Origin: Chthoniobacteraceae bacterium
GTDB taxonomy: Bacteria > Verrucomicrobiota > Verrucomicrobiia > Chthoniobacterales > Chthoniobacteraceae
Reading direction: 5' to 3'
NCBI GenBank assembly: GCA_037190965.1
Contig: JBBCKI010000066.1
Coordinates: 1 to 63,282 of the forward strand
Length of the DNA: 63,282 nucleotides
Shown: one piece after another, positions 1 through 9,947 of the stretch
How positions within the stretch are numbered: the first letter of the stretch is position 1
Layout of the letters: the number at the start of each line of letters is the position of its first letter
Notes under the pieces: generated by a model
Seen by the model: only the letters and a program-made list of their open reading frames with translations
What the model was told of the DNA's origin: nothing
The model's database searches: none
Translations under genes and position numbers: made by a program

Positions 1-168
1 TGGTTTGAGAACTTGAAGCTTGGCATTTTCAGCGAACGAACGGGCCGGATCGCCCGATGCAAGAGATTGCCGAGCCCCCCAACTGATGGCCGAGCGAGCA
101 ATTCGGCGTTGCCTACGCCTCCGCTACGCTCCGGCTCCAGCCACGCCGATAGCTCGCAAAAACCTTGA
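1..168 (+). CDS. C-terminal fragment of an IS481-family transposase (partial, absent from the ORF track)
   Basis: Manual translation of frame +1 gives WFENLKLGIFSERTGRIARCKRLPSP...SQKP with stop TGA at 166-168. Confidence 0.65.
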   Translation, partial: WFENLKLGIFSERTGRIARCKRLPSPPTDGRASNSALPTPPLRSGSSHADSSQKP

Positions 169-245
169 CAACGAACCAAAAAACCGATCAAAAAGTGTAA
201 CCTATCTGCTCGGGAGTATTTGTTACCCATGTGCTAAAACGCACA
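1..245 (+). mobile_element. Right end of an IS481-family insertion sequence, truncated by the window edge
   Basis: Frame +1 from base 1 reads WFENLKLGIFSERTGRI, like IS481 transposase C-termini. It is followed by two spaced TGT(A/T)ACC(C/T)AT motifs at about 196-230 and a terminal ACA at 243-245, typical of IS481 ends. Confidence 0.7.
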
Positions 246-344
246 ATTTCCGCCACCCTTCCAGGGTGGATGCTTTGCCCGGGGATTCCGGGGGCTCCGC
301 TTCGCTCCACCCCCGGCTAATTTCCGTCCAGCCCTCCGGGCTGA
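246..344. repeat. Palindromic intergenic repeat (family D)
   Basis: Hairpins CCACCCT-TCC-AGGGTGG, CCGGGGG-CTCCGCTTCGCTCCA-CCCCCGG and CAGCCC-TCC-GGGCTG. AATTTCCG occurs twice, at 245 and 319. Confidence 0.55.
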
Positions 345-444
345 AGAAATCGCTCTCTGACCGTAGGTCTATTTTATAAATAAACTTACCTGACACCACG
401 CCAGATTCGCCGCCGGGAAACCGGCGGCGCATTTCCCACGTGCG

Positions 445-879
445 CTACTCTTTGCGCTCCAGGAATGCCTTGAGGTGCCGGAGAATCACGGGCCATCCTC
501 CGACGATGTTGGCGTAAGTCTGATTCGCCTCTTTGAATCCGGCATGGATCAGTTTGAGAACCGTTGAGCCACCCTCCCGGCGGATTTCGTATCGCACAAC
601 AGTATCCGCATCGTTGCTGGTTCCGGGCTGACTCCAGGCACCAAATCGAAATGTGTGCGCCAGGCTGGAATTCTCCAGATATTCAATGATGGTGCCCGAG
701 ATCAACACCTCGTCCCCCGTCCCGTAAACAATCTCGCCTCCGGCTTTCAGTTCGATCCTCAAGAGAGGGGCGAGGTGGTAATCTTTAACCCGATCCGGCT
801 GCGTCAGCGCATCCCATACGGCCTCCGGACGCACGGGGACGGAGATTTCCTGAGTAAAATTCAAATCCTTGGCCTGCAT
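445..879 (-). CDS. SRPBCC/AHSA1-like domain protein
   Basis: PEAVWDALT...ELKAGG...VRYEI...LKLIHAGF...GGWPVILRHLKAFLE pattern. Start moved to ATG 879. Confidence 0.85.
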   Translation of the reverse strand: MQAKDLNFTQEISVPVRPEAVWDALTQPDRVKDYHLAPLLRIELKAGGEIVYGTGDEVLISGTIIEYLENSSLAHTFRFGAWSQPGTSNDADTVVRYEIRREGGSTVLKLIHAGFKEANQTYANIVGGWPVILRHLKAFLERKE

Positions 880-989
880 CGTGATTTGAAAAACAGGAGA
901 GCAGTGATTGTGACACAAATCAATTTCATCCTCTCCATTCCCGAAAAAACGGATAATCTGTTCGCTATTCGGGGTGAAACGCCTTTACG

Positions 990-2093
990 GTGCCGCCCGT
1001 GACCGAAACGGAAGCCTGTATCGCGCTCAATATGATCCCGAAGCTCGGGCCCGTACGGGTGCGCCTGCTTCTGGAGGCCTTCGGTTCGCCCGAGCGGATT
1101 CTTTCAGCCAACCGGTCGGAGCTTCGATCCGTGGATGGAGTCGGCCCTGAAATCTCCGAGTCGATCTCCCAGTGGGAAAAGAATGTCGATCTTGCCGGGG
1201 AACTGGCGCGGATCGCCGAGTTCGGAGCTCACGTCATCATCCAGAGCGATCCGGAGTACCCGCCCCTTCTGCGCGAAATCCACGATCCGCCGGTCGTTCT
1301 CTATGTCTGGGGCGAGTTGATGGAGCGCGATCGGGAGGCTGTCGGTGTCGTCGGCTCCCGCAAGACGAGCACTTACGGCCTCGAATGCGCAAAAAAACTC
1401 TCTTATCAGTTAGCTTACGCGGGGCTTACCGTCATTAGCGGGCTCGCCCGGGGCATCGACACCGCCGCCCACCAGGGGGCACTCGCGGCAAAAGGGCGCA
1501 CCGTCGCGGTGCTCGGCTCAGGCTTGATGAATCTCTACCCACCAGAGAACCAGGCGCTCGCGGAGCGAATCGCCACCTCAGGGGCGGTCGTCACCGAATT
1601 TCCGATGCTCGTCTCCCCGGACACGACCACCTTCCCCCGGCGGAACCGGATCGTCAGCGGATGGAGCAATGGGCTGCTGGTGATTGAGGCGGGGCTCAAA
1701 AGCGGCGCGCTCATCACCGCCGGACAGGCCGCCGACCAGGGGCGATCCGTCTATGCCGTCCCCGGCCCCATTGACCGGACCACCTCGGCAGGCTCCAACC
1801 GGCTCATCCAACAAGGGGCCAAACTGGTCATGAGCGCCGCAGATATTCTCGAAGACCTGCAAATTCTCTCCCCCGAAACGCCGAAGCTCCAAAGCACCCC
1901 CGCCCGGACGCTCGACTTCGACGAGAATGAACGGGCCGTTTACAACGCCATCCACGAAAGCGAGACAGCCATCGACGTGATCACCGAGAAATCCAATTTG
2001 CCACCCGGGGTAGTCTCCTCTACGTTGCTCACCCTCGAAATGAAGCGGCTGGTAAAGCGGCTCCCCGGACAACACTTTGTAAAGCTTTTGTAA
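990..2093 (+). CDS. dprA: DNA-processing protein DprA
   Basis: VGVVGSRK, SGLARGIDTAAH and FPRRNRIVSG motifs, C-terminal winged helix, next to a topoisomerase gene. Confidence 0.97.
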   Translation: MPPVTETEACIALNMIPKLGPVRVRLLLEAFGSPERILSANRSELRSVDGVGPEISESISQWEKNVDLAGELARIAEFGAHVIIQSDPEYPPLLREIHDPPVVLYVWGELMERDREAVGVVGSRKTSTYGLECAKKLSYQLAYAGLTVISGLARGIDTAAHQGALAAKGRTVAVLGSGLMNLYPPENQALAERIATSGAVVTEFPMLVSPDTTTFPRRNRIVSGWSNGLLVIEAGLKSGALITAGQAADQGRSVYAVPGPIDRTTSAGSNRLIQQGAKLVMSAADILEDLQILSPETPKLQSTPARTLDFDENERAVYNAIHESETAIDVITEKSNLPPGVVSSTLLTLEMKRLVKRLPGQHFVKLL

Positions 2094-2101
2094 ACCGCAC
2101 C

Positions 2102-4594
2102 ATGGGTAAAAAACTGGTCATCGCAGAAAAACCAAGCGTCGCGGGCGATATCGCCCGGGCTCTGGGTAAATTCAAGAAGGAAACCGACTTCTACGAGAAT
2201 GATGATTTTATCATCTCGGCAGCCGTCGGTCACCTGCTGGAACTCTGCGTTCCCGAAGGGCTTGAGCCGAAGCGCGGCAAGTGGGACATCAAGAATCTCC
2301 CCATCCTGCCGGAAGAATTTGAACTCAGCCCCACGGACGGCAAGGCCGAGGCCCGCTTCAAGCTCATCAAGCGGCTCATGAAGCGCGCCGATGTCACCGA
2401 AGTCATCAACGCTTGCGACGCCGGGCGCGAGGGGGAGCTGATTTTCCGCAACCTCTACAAGATGTCGAAGATCAAGAAGCCGATCCAACGGCTCTGGCTT
2501 CAGTCGATGACCCCGGATGCGATCCGCACCGCCTTCCGCAACCTTCGCACCGACGAGGAGATGATCCCGCTGGCCGACGCGGCCGTTTGCCGCTCCGAGA
2601 GCGACTGGCTCGTGGGCATCAACGCCACGCGGAGCATGACCTGGTTCAACTCCAAGCAGGGCGGCTTCCGGCTCACCACGGCGGGCCGGGTCCAGACCCC
2701 CACGCTCGCCATTCTGGTGGAACGGGAGGAGAAAATTCGCGCCTTCAAGCCGCGCACCTATTTCGAAGTCCACGGAACATTCCTGGTACAATCGGGCGAA
2801 TACCCGGGCCGTTGGTTTGACGAAGCCTTCAAGAAGGGTGAGGACGAGGATGCCAAGGCCGAACGGATCTGGGATCGTGAGAAGGCTGACGCCATCCGCG
2901 CCAAGTGCGAAGGCAAGCCGGGCATCGTCACCGAAGAGAAGAAGGCCGCCACCCAGGCTCCGCCGCTCCTCTATGATTTGACCACACTCCAGCGGGAGGC
3001 CAACGGCCGCTTCGGCTTCAGCGCGCGCCGCACTCTTCAGCTCGCCCAAGCGCTCTACGAGAAGCACAAGGTGCTCACCTACCCGAGAACGGACTCCCGT
3101 TATCTCCCCGACGACAACCTCCCCAATGTGAAGGAGGTGATGAGCCAGTTCCCCGAGCCAAGCCTCGCCGGACACGCCTCCAAGGCGGTCGCCAACGGCT
3201 GGGTGCGCCCGAACAAGCGCGTCTTCAACAGCGCGAAGGTCACCGACCACAACGCCATCATCCCGACCGGGGTGGTTCCCAAGAATCTCGACGAGTACGA
3301 AGCGAAGCTCTTCCGCCTCGTCGCCCAGCGGTTTATCGCCGTGTTCTACCCGGCGGCGCAGTTCGAAGTCACCACCCGGATCACCCGCGTGGAGAACGAA
3401 CCGTTCAAGACCGAGGGCAAGGTGATCAAAGATCCCGGCTGGCTCGCGGTTTACGGGAAGGAAGCCGCCTCCGAAGAGGGTGGCGCCGCGATTGCCGAAG
3501 TCGCCCCCGGCGAGAAGGCGCAGACCGAGCGCGTGGAAGTCAAGGAAACCCAGACCAAACCGCCTGCCCGCTACAACGAAGCGACACTCCTCTCCGCAAT
3601 GGAAGGGGCCGGAAAACTGGTGGACGACGAGGAACTGCGCGAAGCGATGAGCGCGCGCGGCCTCGGCACCCCGGCCACCCGTGCCGCCGTGATCGAAGGG
3701 CTCGTCCTTCAGGAATACATTGCCCGGCAGGGGCGCGAACTGATCGCGACCCCCAAGGGGATGTCGCTGATCACCGGCCTGCGCGGCATCGGGGTGGATA
3801 CCCTCACGCGGCCTGAGATGACCGGCGAATGGGAGTTCAAGCTCAAGCAGATGGAGCAAGGAGAGCTGCCGCGCGAAGAGTTCATGCGCCAGATCCGCGA
3901 TCTCACCGTGAAGATCGTCGATAAAATCCGTAACGGCGCGGAGCCACCGGAGGGAGCCTTCGAAGATCTCGACGTCGCCTGCCCCAAGTGCGGCACCCGC
4001 CCGCTCAAGCAGGATTACCGCACTTTCCGCTGCCGGTCGTGCGATTTCAATTTCTGGAAGACCCTTGCCGGGCGCGAGTTCTCGCCCGAAGAGGTGCAGA
4101 CCCTGCTTTCCCAGCGCCGCATCGGCCCGCTGGAAGGGTTCCGTTCCAAGATGGGCCGCCCGTTCGCGGCCGTCCTTCTTCTCGACGAGGAACAAAAGGC
4201 CAAGTTCGAGTTTGAGAAAAAGGAGGAGGAACCGCCTCCCGAGAACCTTGCCACGCTTCCCGTCATCGGCGAATGCCCGGTCTGTCATCAGGCCAAGGTG
4301 CGGGAACTGGAGAACTCCTACAGTTGCGAGCGAACCTTCATCAAGGAATGCAACTTCCGCATGGGGAAATTGATCCTGAAACGGCAGATCCCGCCGGAGG
4401 AAGCGCGCAAACTGATCGAGACCGGGAAAACCGACCTCATCACCAAGTTCATCTCCTCCAAGACCAACCGCCCCTTTGACGCGTTCCTGAAGCTCGATAA
4501 AGGCAAGGTTGTCTTCGAATTCCCGCCGCGCGAACCCAAAGCGCCCAAGGGAAAGGGAGCCAAAGGAACGACGGCAGCGGCCACCACGGCTTGA
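2102..4594 (+). CDS. topB: Type IA DNA topoisomerase (topoisomerase III type with C-terminal repeats)
   Basis: IAEKPSVA, DAGREGELIF, GRVQTPTL and active-site TYPRTDS. C-terminal Cys pairs and GF.SK.GRPF.A repeats. Confidence 0.92.
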   Translation: MGKKLVIAEKPSVAGDIARALGKFKKETDFYENDDFIISAAVGHLLELCVPEGLEPKRGKWDIKNLPILPEEFELSPTDGKAEARFKLIKRLMKRADVTEVINACDAGREGELIFRNLYKMSKIKKPIQRLWLQSMTPDAIRTAFRNLRTDEEMIPLADAAVCRSESDWLVGINATRSMTWFNSKQGGFRLTTAGRVQTPTLAILVEREEKIRAFKPRTYFEVHGTFLVQSGEYPGRWFDEAFKKGEDEDAKAERIWDREKADAIRAKCEGKPGIVTEEKKAATQAPPLLYDLTTLQREANGRFGFSARRTLQLAQALYEKHKVLTYPRTDSRYLPDDNLPNVKEVMSQFPEPSLAGHASKAVANGWVRPNKRVFNSAKVTDHNAIIPTGVVPKNLDEYEAKLFRLVAQRFIAVFYPAAQFEVTTRITRVENEPFKTEGKVIKDPGWLAVYGKEAASEEGGAAIAEVAPGEKAQTERVEVKETQTKPPARYNEATLLSAMEGAGKLVDDEELREAMSARGLGTPATRAAVIEGLVLQEYIARQGRELIATPKGMSLITGLRGIGVDTLTRPEMTGEWEFKLKQMEQGELPREEFMRQIRDLTVKIVDKIRNGAEPPEGAFEDLDVACPKCGTRPLKQDYRTFRCRSCDFNFWKTLAGREFSPEEVQTLLSQRRIGPLEGFRSKMGRPFAAVLLLDEEQKAKFEFEKKEEEPPPENLATLPVIGECPVCHQAKVRELENSYSCERTFIKECNFRMGKLILKRQIPPEEARKLIETGKTDLITKFISSKTNRPFDAFLKLDKGKVVFEFPPREPKAPKGKGAKGTTAAATTA

Positions 4595-4613
4595 AGCGGC
4601 GTTGGGAGAGCCT

Positions 4614-4799
4614 CCACTAAGTGAAACCTGAAATCCGATGTTGGAGCGGATGGGATTGCGGAAGATCTTGGTGCAGAAACGGTTGAGGAGAAGCGCTGCC
4701 CTATCTTTTGATAGGGCGAGTCTTCGACGAAGCCGTTTATGCCCAAGAGATTGCGCAAGACCGCCGCGAGCAATTTCGGATTTCAGGTTAGAATAGTGG
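4614..4799. mobile_element. MITE-like element with terminal inverted repeats
   Basis: Perfect 14-bp IR AACCTGAAATCCGA (4625-4638) / TCGGATTTCAGGTT (4776-4789), flanked by CCACTA/TAGTGG. Internal hairpin GCCCTATC-TTTT-GATAGGGC. Confidence 0.55.
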
Positions 4800-4805
4800 G
4801 GGCAT

Positions 4806-5723
4806 ATGAGCTTCCCCTTGAAGGCGACATTCAATTTCTCCCAGTTTTTGTCCGCTGCCGAGCAGTGCGCCCTTGCTCGTCCGGAGCAATGGGAGTGGAT
4901 AACGCCCGTCGACGGATCGAGGGAAGCCCATGCGGCCCGCACCCCCGCCGCGCTGGCGCAAAAGCATCGAAAGTGGACGACGGTGAAGGGGAACACCCAC
5001 CGGCCTCCCCACCGGGAGGTCATGCTGACCCTCCGTGGCGAAGCCGTTTATTCCATCAACGGAGAGGCTTATCTTCGCCACCCGGGCACGGTGATTCTCC
5101 TCGATCACCATGAAGCCCGGGACCTGAAAGGCTCGGCGCACAAAACAGGATTCACCTGTCTCTGGCTGCACCTGCTCAACCGGGAACACCTGACTTACTA
5201 CATCAACTCCTGCGACGAAAAGGGACGCTATACCCAACCGCTCCCGATGCGTTCACGGACAGGCGATGCGCCACGTCTGATGACCGAGGCTTGGGATCAT
5301 TGCCTGGCCCGAAACGACGAAATCCTTGGACAAACGCTGCTGCGCTCCGCAATCGCGGCCACCCTGCTGGAAATCCTCGGCAACGTTGAACCGGTATCCC
5401 GCGAGAGCCATCAGGAGCAGGTGATTCATTCCATCAAAGAGTATATCCGCCATCATCTCGCGGAGAACCTCTCTTTGCATAACCTCGCCAACATCGCCGG
5501 ATACAGCCCCTTCTTTTTCCACCGGCAGTTTCTACGGCATACGGGTCAGACCCCGTTGCAATATGTCAATGCGGCCCGACTGGCCAAGGCAAACGAACTG
5601 CTCGCCCGGAACTATACCGTCGAGGCAACAGCGGCAGAGATCGGTTTTTCATCCGTCTCCTATTTCCATCAGTTCTACAAAAAACACCTGCATCGCACGC
5701 CTGGCCGAGGGGCTTCCAGCTAG
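4806..5723 (+). CDS. AraC-family transcriptional regulator
   Basis: N-terminal cupin-like HREVML motif and C-terminal LSLHNLA..AGYSPFFFHRQF...A.EIGFSSVSYF double HTH. Confidence 0.92.
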   Translation: MSFPLKATFNFSQFLSAAEQCALARPEQWEWITPVDGSREAHAARTPAALAQKHRKWTTVKGNTHRPPHREVMLTLRGEAVYSINGEAYLRHPGTVILLDHHEARDLKGSAHKTGFTCLWLHLLNREHLTYYINSCDEKGRYTQPLPMRSRTGDAPRLMTEAWDHCLARNDEILGQTLLRSAIAATLLEILGNVEPVSRESHQEQVIHSIKEYIRHHLAENLSLHNLANIAGYSPFFFHRQFLRHTGQTPLQYVNAARLAKANELLARNYTVEATAAEIGFSSVSYFHQFYKKHLHRTPGRGASS

Positions 5724-5787
5724 ATCAAAAAGGCCCCACAGGCACGAATTGTTGAGAAGAAGAAATAGCGGGCCTATGGCCATAGGT

Positions 5788-5913
5788 GGCGTCGGAACTC
5801 CGCCCTCCGCCCTCCGCCCTCCGTCTACCGCGCGGCAAGCGCGCGCGGAGCGAAAGCTTCTTGATAAACGATGCGGCAACACCCACCCACGGAGGGCGGA
5901 GCTCCGCGACGCC
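5788..5913. repeat. Palindromic repeat family B, copy 1
   Basis: Ends GGCGTCGGAACTCCGCCCTCCG ... CGGAGGGCGGAGCTCCGCGACGCC, with CCGCCCT x3 inside. Matches the copy at 37893-37997 in opposite orientation. Confidence 0.8.
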
Positions 5914-5952
5914 GCACCCCTTGCGGCCGAAAGCTCACACTTTTTCCCCCTA

Positions 5953-6750
5953 CTAGAGCAAGCTTCCCTGCGACGCCACCGAAGCCAGCGGATGAACGAT
6001 TCCGCCATCGATCGTGATCGATTGCCCGCTGATCCCCCCTCCCCATTTACTGAGAAGAAGGGAGATCGGCCCCAGCAGATCGGCAGGCTCGAGACGTCGG
6101 CCAACGCTTTGCCAGGAGATCAGTGTTTCATCGAACCCTTCCTTTTCCTTTTCGACCCGGATCGCTCCCGGGACAATGCAATTGATGGTGATTCCCGACC
6201 CCGCCAGTTCATGAGCCAGCGAGCGGGTCATACTCGAAACAGCTCCCTTGGATGCCGAATAGACCGTCAGGCACGCCCCTCCCAAATCGGAAAGCACCGA
6301 TCCGACGAAAATAATCCTCCCCTGTGGGCTCTTACGCAAAACCGGCAGCAACCGTTGCGTCAAGGAAACGGCAGCGAAGAGATTGACCTGCATCACGCGA
6401 AGCCAAAGGGCTTCATCGCCTTTCTCGAACCAGTGGCGAGGGTCGATCGCGGCATTGTGCAGAATCCCGTCAATCGCGATGCCGGATGACACCACCGCCT
6501 CGGCGGTGGCGGCCACGGCGGCCGGATCGGCAAGATCGCATTCAAAAAGACGCATCTGATCTTCGCTCGCCCCCAGTTCTTCACGGATTGCCTCCATCTC
6601 CGGCATTTCCATACTGACCGCCACGATGCGCAGCCCTTGCGCCAGAAATCCGGGCAACAAAGCGCGACCGATCCCCCGGGTGATCCCGGTGATCAGAAGC
6701 ACCCGCCCGTTCAGATCATTGAAACAGAAGCCGTCGTTCTTGGGTTCCAT
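5953..6750 (-). CDS. SDR-family NAD(P)-dependent oxidoreductase
   Basis: ITGITRGIG, HNAA, YSASK and INCIVPG motifs. Confidence 0.93.
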   Translation of the reverse strand: MEPKNDGFCFNDLNGRVLLITGITRGIGRALLPGFLAQGLRIVAVSMEMPEMEAIREELGASEDQMRLFECDLADPAAVAATAEAVVSSGIAIDGILHNAAIDPRHWFEKGDEALWLRVMQVNLFAAVSLTQRLLPVLRKSPQGRIIFVGSVLSDLGGACLTVYSASKGAVSSMTRSLAHELAGSGITINCIVPGAIRVEKEKEGFDETLISWQSVGRRLEPADLLGPISLLLSKWGGGISGQSITIDGGIVHPLASVASQGSLL

Positions 6751-6773
6751 GGAAAAGTCAAAAGGAAGACTAC

Positions 6774-7970
6774 TTACAACCGGCTGCTCCGAACAAGATT
6801 GGGCGCGGTAAAAACTTCGTCGCGCCAGTCAGCCCCGATGCCCGACGCCTCCGGCACAAGGCAACGGCCGTTCTGCACTTCGATCGGGTTGGTGATCAGT
6901 TCCGGATAGGTGACCCGCAGGTTACGCCGCACGGTCTCCTGCCACGCGATATTGCCACGGGCCACTCCAACGTGAATCCCGGCAAGAAGCGTCAGCGGGC
7001 CGGTGCAGTCATGCATCATCACCGGGACGTTGTAGGCTTGCGCCATGTCGGTAATCTTGAGCGTTTGGGAAATGCCGCCCACCCATGTCGGGTCGATCAC
7101 AATATAGTCGGCCGCCCGTTTCTCGAGCACCAGCCGGTAATCTTCCGCCCCGATCATCATTTCGCTGACCGCGATCGGCACCCCGCCTCGATCCCGAAAG
7201 TCACGAATCGTGTCGACGCAATCCGGGCGGATGACATCCTCGAGGCAGAGCGGAGCGACCTCCCGAATCGCCTCGGCGATACGGATCGCCATCGGGAGTT
7301 GGAAAAAGCCGTGCCCGTCCAGCAGCAGTTCCAGGTCGTTGCCCACCGCCTCGCGGATGGCAAAAAACGGCTTCAATCCCTTTTGGATATCAGCGTGGCT
7401 CACATAGACATTTCCGTTTTCCTTGTGAGCGGCAAAATCGAGCGTCCACAATTTGACGCCTTCAACCCCCTCCGCCATCAAAGCCTTGGCAAATGCGGCG
7501 GGCTCATGCACCGCGTTCCAATAATCATTGAGCGGATCCGGCTCCCCCATCTGCCCGTAACCCGGCCAGGTTCCACCGGCCCGGGGAAGTGATTTGCCGT
7601 ACCCGATGCTGTGGTAAGTCCGGACCCCTTCCTGGCTTCGCCCGCCCAGGAGCTGCCAGATCGGCATTTTCACCGCCTTGCCTTTGATATCCCACAAAGC
7701 GAGGTCCACCGTCGAAAGGGCGCGAAGTTCGGCCCCACGAGCGCCGAAATTTGCAGCCCTCTCATAGAGAAACCGCCAGTGCCCTTCGATCTCAAAGGGG
7801 TCCGCCCCCAATAGCCTCGGGGTCATCCAATCGTGGATGATGGATTCCACTGCGGCAGGGATGTACCAGGTCTCTCCGCTGCCAACGATGCCTTCATCGG
7901 TATGAATGCGACAGGCCAGCAGCCCTTGATTGTCTTTGAGTCGGGCCGTTTCGATTTGAGTGATTTTCAT
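6774..7970 (-). CDS. Mandelate racemase/muconate lactonizing enzyme family protein (probable acid-sugar dehydratase)
   Basis: MKITQIET start, G.GE, VDLALWDIKGK, LLLDGH...LED...VSE metal ligands and HDCTGP. Start moved to ATG 7970. Confidence 0.92.
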   Translation of the reverse strand: MKITQIETARLKDNQGLLACRIHTDEGIVGSGETWYIPAAVESIIHDWMTPRLLGADPFEIEGHWRFLYERAANFGARGAELRALSTVDLALWDIKGKAVKMPIWQLLGGRSQEGVRTYHSIGYGKSLPRAGGTWPGYGQMGEPDPLNDYWNAVHEPAAFAKALMAEGVEGVKLWTLDFAAHKENGNVYVSHADIQKGLKPFFAIREAVGNDLELLLDGHGFFQLPMAIRIAEAIREVAPLCLEDVIRPDCVDTIRDFRDRGGVPIAVSEMMIGAEDYRLVLEKRAADYIVIDPTWVGGISQTLKITDMAQAYNVPVMMHDCTGPLTLLAGIHVGVARGNIAWQETVRRNLRVTYPELITNPIEVQNGRCLVPEASGIGADWRDEVFTAPNLVRSSRL

Positions 7971-8070
7971 CGGGTGTCCCGACGTTGTATGCGGCGGGAA
8001 GCCCCGCCCACAATGCAGGCTCTTGCCCTGATGGTGCGTTATCTTGCTCTGTTGGTGGGCGGCGAGGCGC

Positions 8071-8155
8071 GGTAGCACCGGCAGTCCGTCCTGCTGGGAT
8101 GGACGCTGAACGCGCCTCCAGATCAACTCCCGCGCTCTCGGCGAGAGCGGACTAC
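8071..8155. repeat. GTAG-type REP doublet family A, partial copy
   Basis: CCGTCCTGCTGGGATGGACG ... TCCCGCGCTCTCGGCGAGAGCGGACTAC matches the right half of the 11093 copy. Confidence 0.8.
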
Positions 8156-8263
8156 CGCCGACCTTTCGATCGGTAGCTTATCCGTCATCCCCCGATCAGA
8201 GAGAGGCATTGGTTTTCTGCTTGTCCCGCCCCCCGCGGCCTTGCATCCTTCTCACCCTTTTCT

Positions 8264-9856
8264 ATGAACGTCCCTAAAGTTCTCGTTGCCGATCCCATTT
8301 CCGAACGCGGTGTTGCCGAGCTCGCCGCTGGCGGGTTGCTTGAGGTCACCGTCAAAACCGGCCTGAAGGAAGACCAACTCCTTGAGATCATCGGCGAGTA
8401 CTCCGCCCTGGTCGTGCGCAGCCAGACCAAGGCGACGGCCCGGTTGATCGCCGCGGCGGACAAGCTCCGCGTCATCGGGCGCGCGGGCGTCGGAGTCGAC
8501 AACGTGGATGTCGAGGCAGCGACGCGGCGCGGAATCATCGTCATGAACACCCCGGGGGGAAACACGATCTCCACGGCCGAACACGCCTTCTCCCTCCTCA
8601 TGGCGCTGGCGCGGAACATCCCGCAGGCCCACGGCACGATGAAAGCCGCGAAGTGGGACCGCAAGAGCTTCGAAGGGGTGGAACTTTACAACAAGACCCT
8701 TGCCGTCCTCGGCATGGGCCGCATCGGGACGGAAGTCGCCCGCCGTGCCATGGCCTTCGGCATGACGGTGCTTGCTTATGACCCGTATCTCTCCGCCAGC
8801 CGCGCCCGCGCGTTGCAGGTGGAACTGGTCGAAAATCTTGATGACATCCTTCCCCGCGCCGATTTCATCACCATGCACATGCCCTCCACGCCGGAGACGC
8901 ATCACATGCTCGACGCCCGCCGCCTTGCGCTGGCGAAGAAAGGTGTCCGGATCATCAACTGCGCGCGCGGCGGCCTTGTCAGCGAAGAGGCGCTCTATGA
9001 AGGCCTGAAGAGCGGCCACATCGGCGGAGCCGCCCTCGACGTTTTCGAAGTCGAACCGCCCCCCGCAGATTTCCCCCTGCGTGATCTGCCCAACGTCGTT
9101 TTCACCCCACACCTCGGCGCCTCCACGGCGGAAGCGCAGGAAAACGTCGGCATCGAGATCGCCCAGGCAATCCGCGCCTCCCTGCTCGAAGGCGAAGTCC
9201 GCAACGCCGTCAACATGCCGAACATCGACGCCAAAACACTGGCGGCCATCGGCGGATTCATTGAACTGGGCGACAAACTCGGGCGAGTTCTCTCCCAGAT
9301 CTCACCGAAGCGTACGGAGACCCTCACCATCGCCTACAGCGGCAAAGTCACCGATCTCAACACCACGCCGATCACCCGTGCAATCCTCACCGGCTTCCTC
9401 AAGGTGGCGGGCGGCAGCGACGTCAATACCGTCAACGCCCCGGCGCTTGCGGAGACGCTCGGCCTGAAGGTTACGGAAATGCGCGTCAGCGCGCAGGGCG
9501 ACTTCACCGAGATGATCGAAGTCTCCGCCGGGGAGAACGGCTCCGTCGTTTCGGTGGCGGGCACCTTCTTCGGCAATACCCCACGCATTGTGAAGATCAA
9601 CAACCGGCACGTGGAAGCGAAGCCCAAGGGCGTTCTACTCCTTCTGGAGAATCGCGACCGCCCGGGTATCGTCGGCCACTTCGGCACGATCCTTTCCCAG
9701 CACAAGGTGAATATTGCGGGCATGTCGCTGAGCCGCAATCAGCCCGGGGGCGAAGCCCTGACGATCCTCAACCTCGACACCCCTCCGGGGCAAGAGGTCA
9801 TCGACGCGCTGCTGGCGGTGGAGGATATCCACAGCGCGCGGGCGATTGTGCTTTAA
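8264..9856 (+). CDS. serA: D-3-phosphoglycerate dehydrogenase
   Basis: GRAGVGVDNVD, GMGRIG, NCARGG and TPHLGAST motifs, with ASB and C-terminal ACT (DRPGIV) domains. Confidence 0.97.
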   Translation: MNVPKVLVADPISERGVAELAAGGLLEVTVKTGLKEDQLLEIIGEYSALVVRSQTKATARLIAAADKLRVIGRAGVGVDNVDVEAATRRGIIVMNTPGGNTISTAEHAFSLLMALARNIPQAHGTMKAAKWDRKSFEGVELYNKTLAVLGMGRIGTEVARRAMAFGMTVLAYDPYLSASRARALQVELVENLDDILPRADFITMHMPSTPETHHMLDARRLALAKKGVRIINCARGGLVSEEALYEGLKSGHIGGAALDVFEVEPPPADFPLRDLPNVVFTPHLGASTAEAQENVGIEIAQAIRASLLEGEVRNAVNMPNIDAKTLAAIGGFIELGDKLGRVLSQISPKRTETLTIAYSGKVTDLNTTPITRAILTGFLKVAGGSDVNTVNAPALAETLGLKVTEMRVSAQGDFTEMIEVSAGENGSVVSVAGTFFGNTPRIVKINNRHVEAKPKGVLLLLENRDRPGIVGHFGTILSQHKVNIAGMSLSRNQPGGEALTILNLDTPPGQEVIDALLAVEDIHSARAIVL

Positions 9857-9947
9857 GGTCGTGCTTTAAGGATTAGCGGATTTTGGAGTGCGGAAAGGTT
9901 TGGGCCTTTCCGCTTTCCGCACTCCCCTTCCCCCGCTAGGTTCTCTC

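Noticed and set aside
85..160. attC-like hairpin containing CGCTACGCTCCGG
   Set aside because: It lies inside the transposase 3' coding end, and I see no clear R-box pair or cassette array.
1940..5023. 1027-aa minus-strand ORF
   Set aside because: Antisense shadow of topB caused by GC-rich codon bias; no recognisable motifs.
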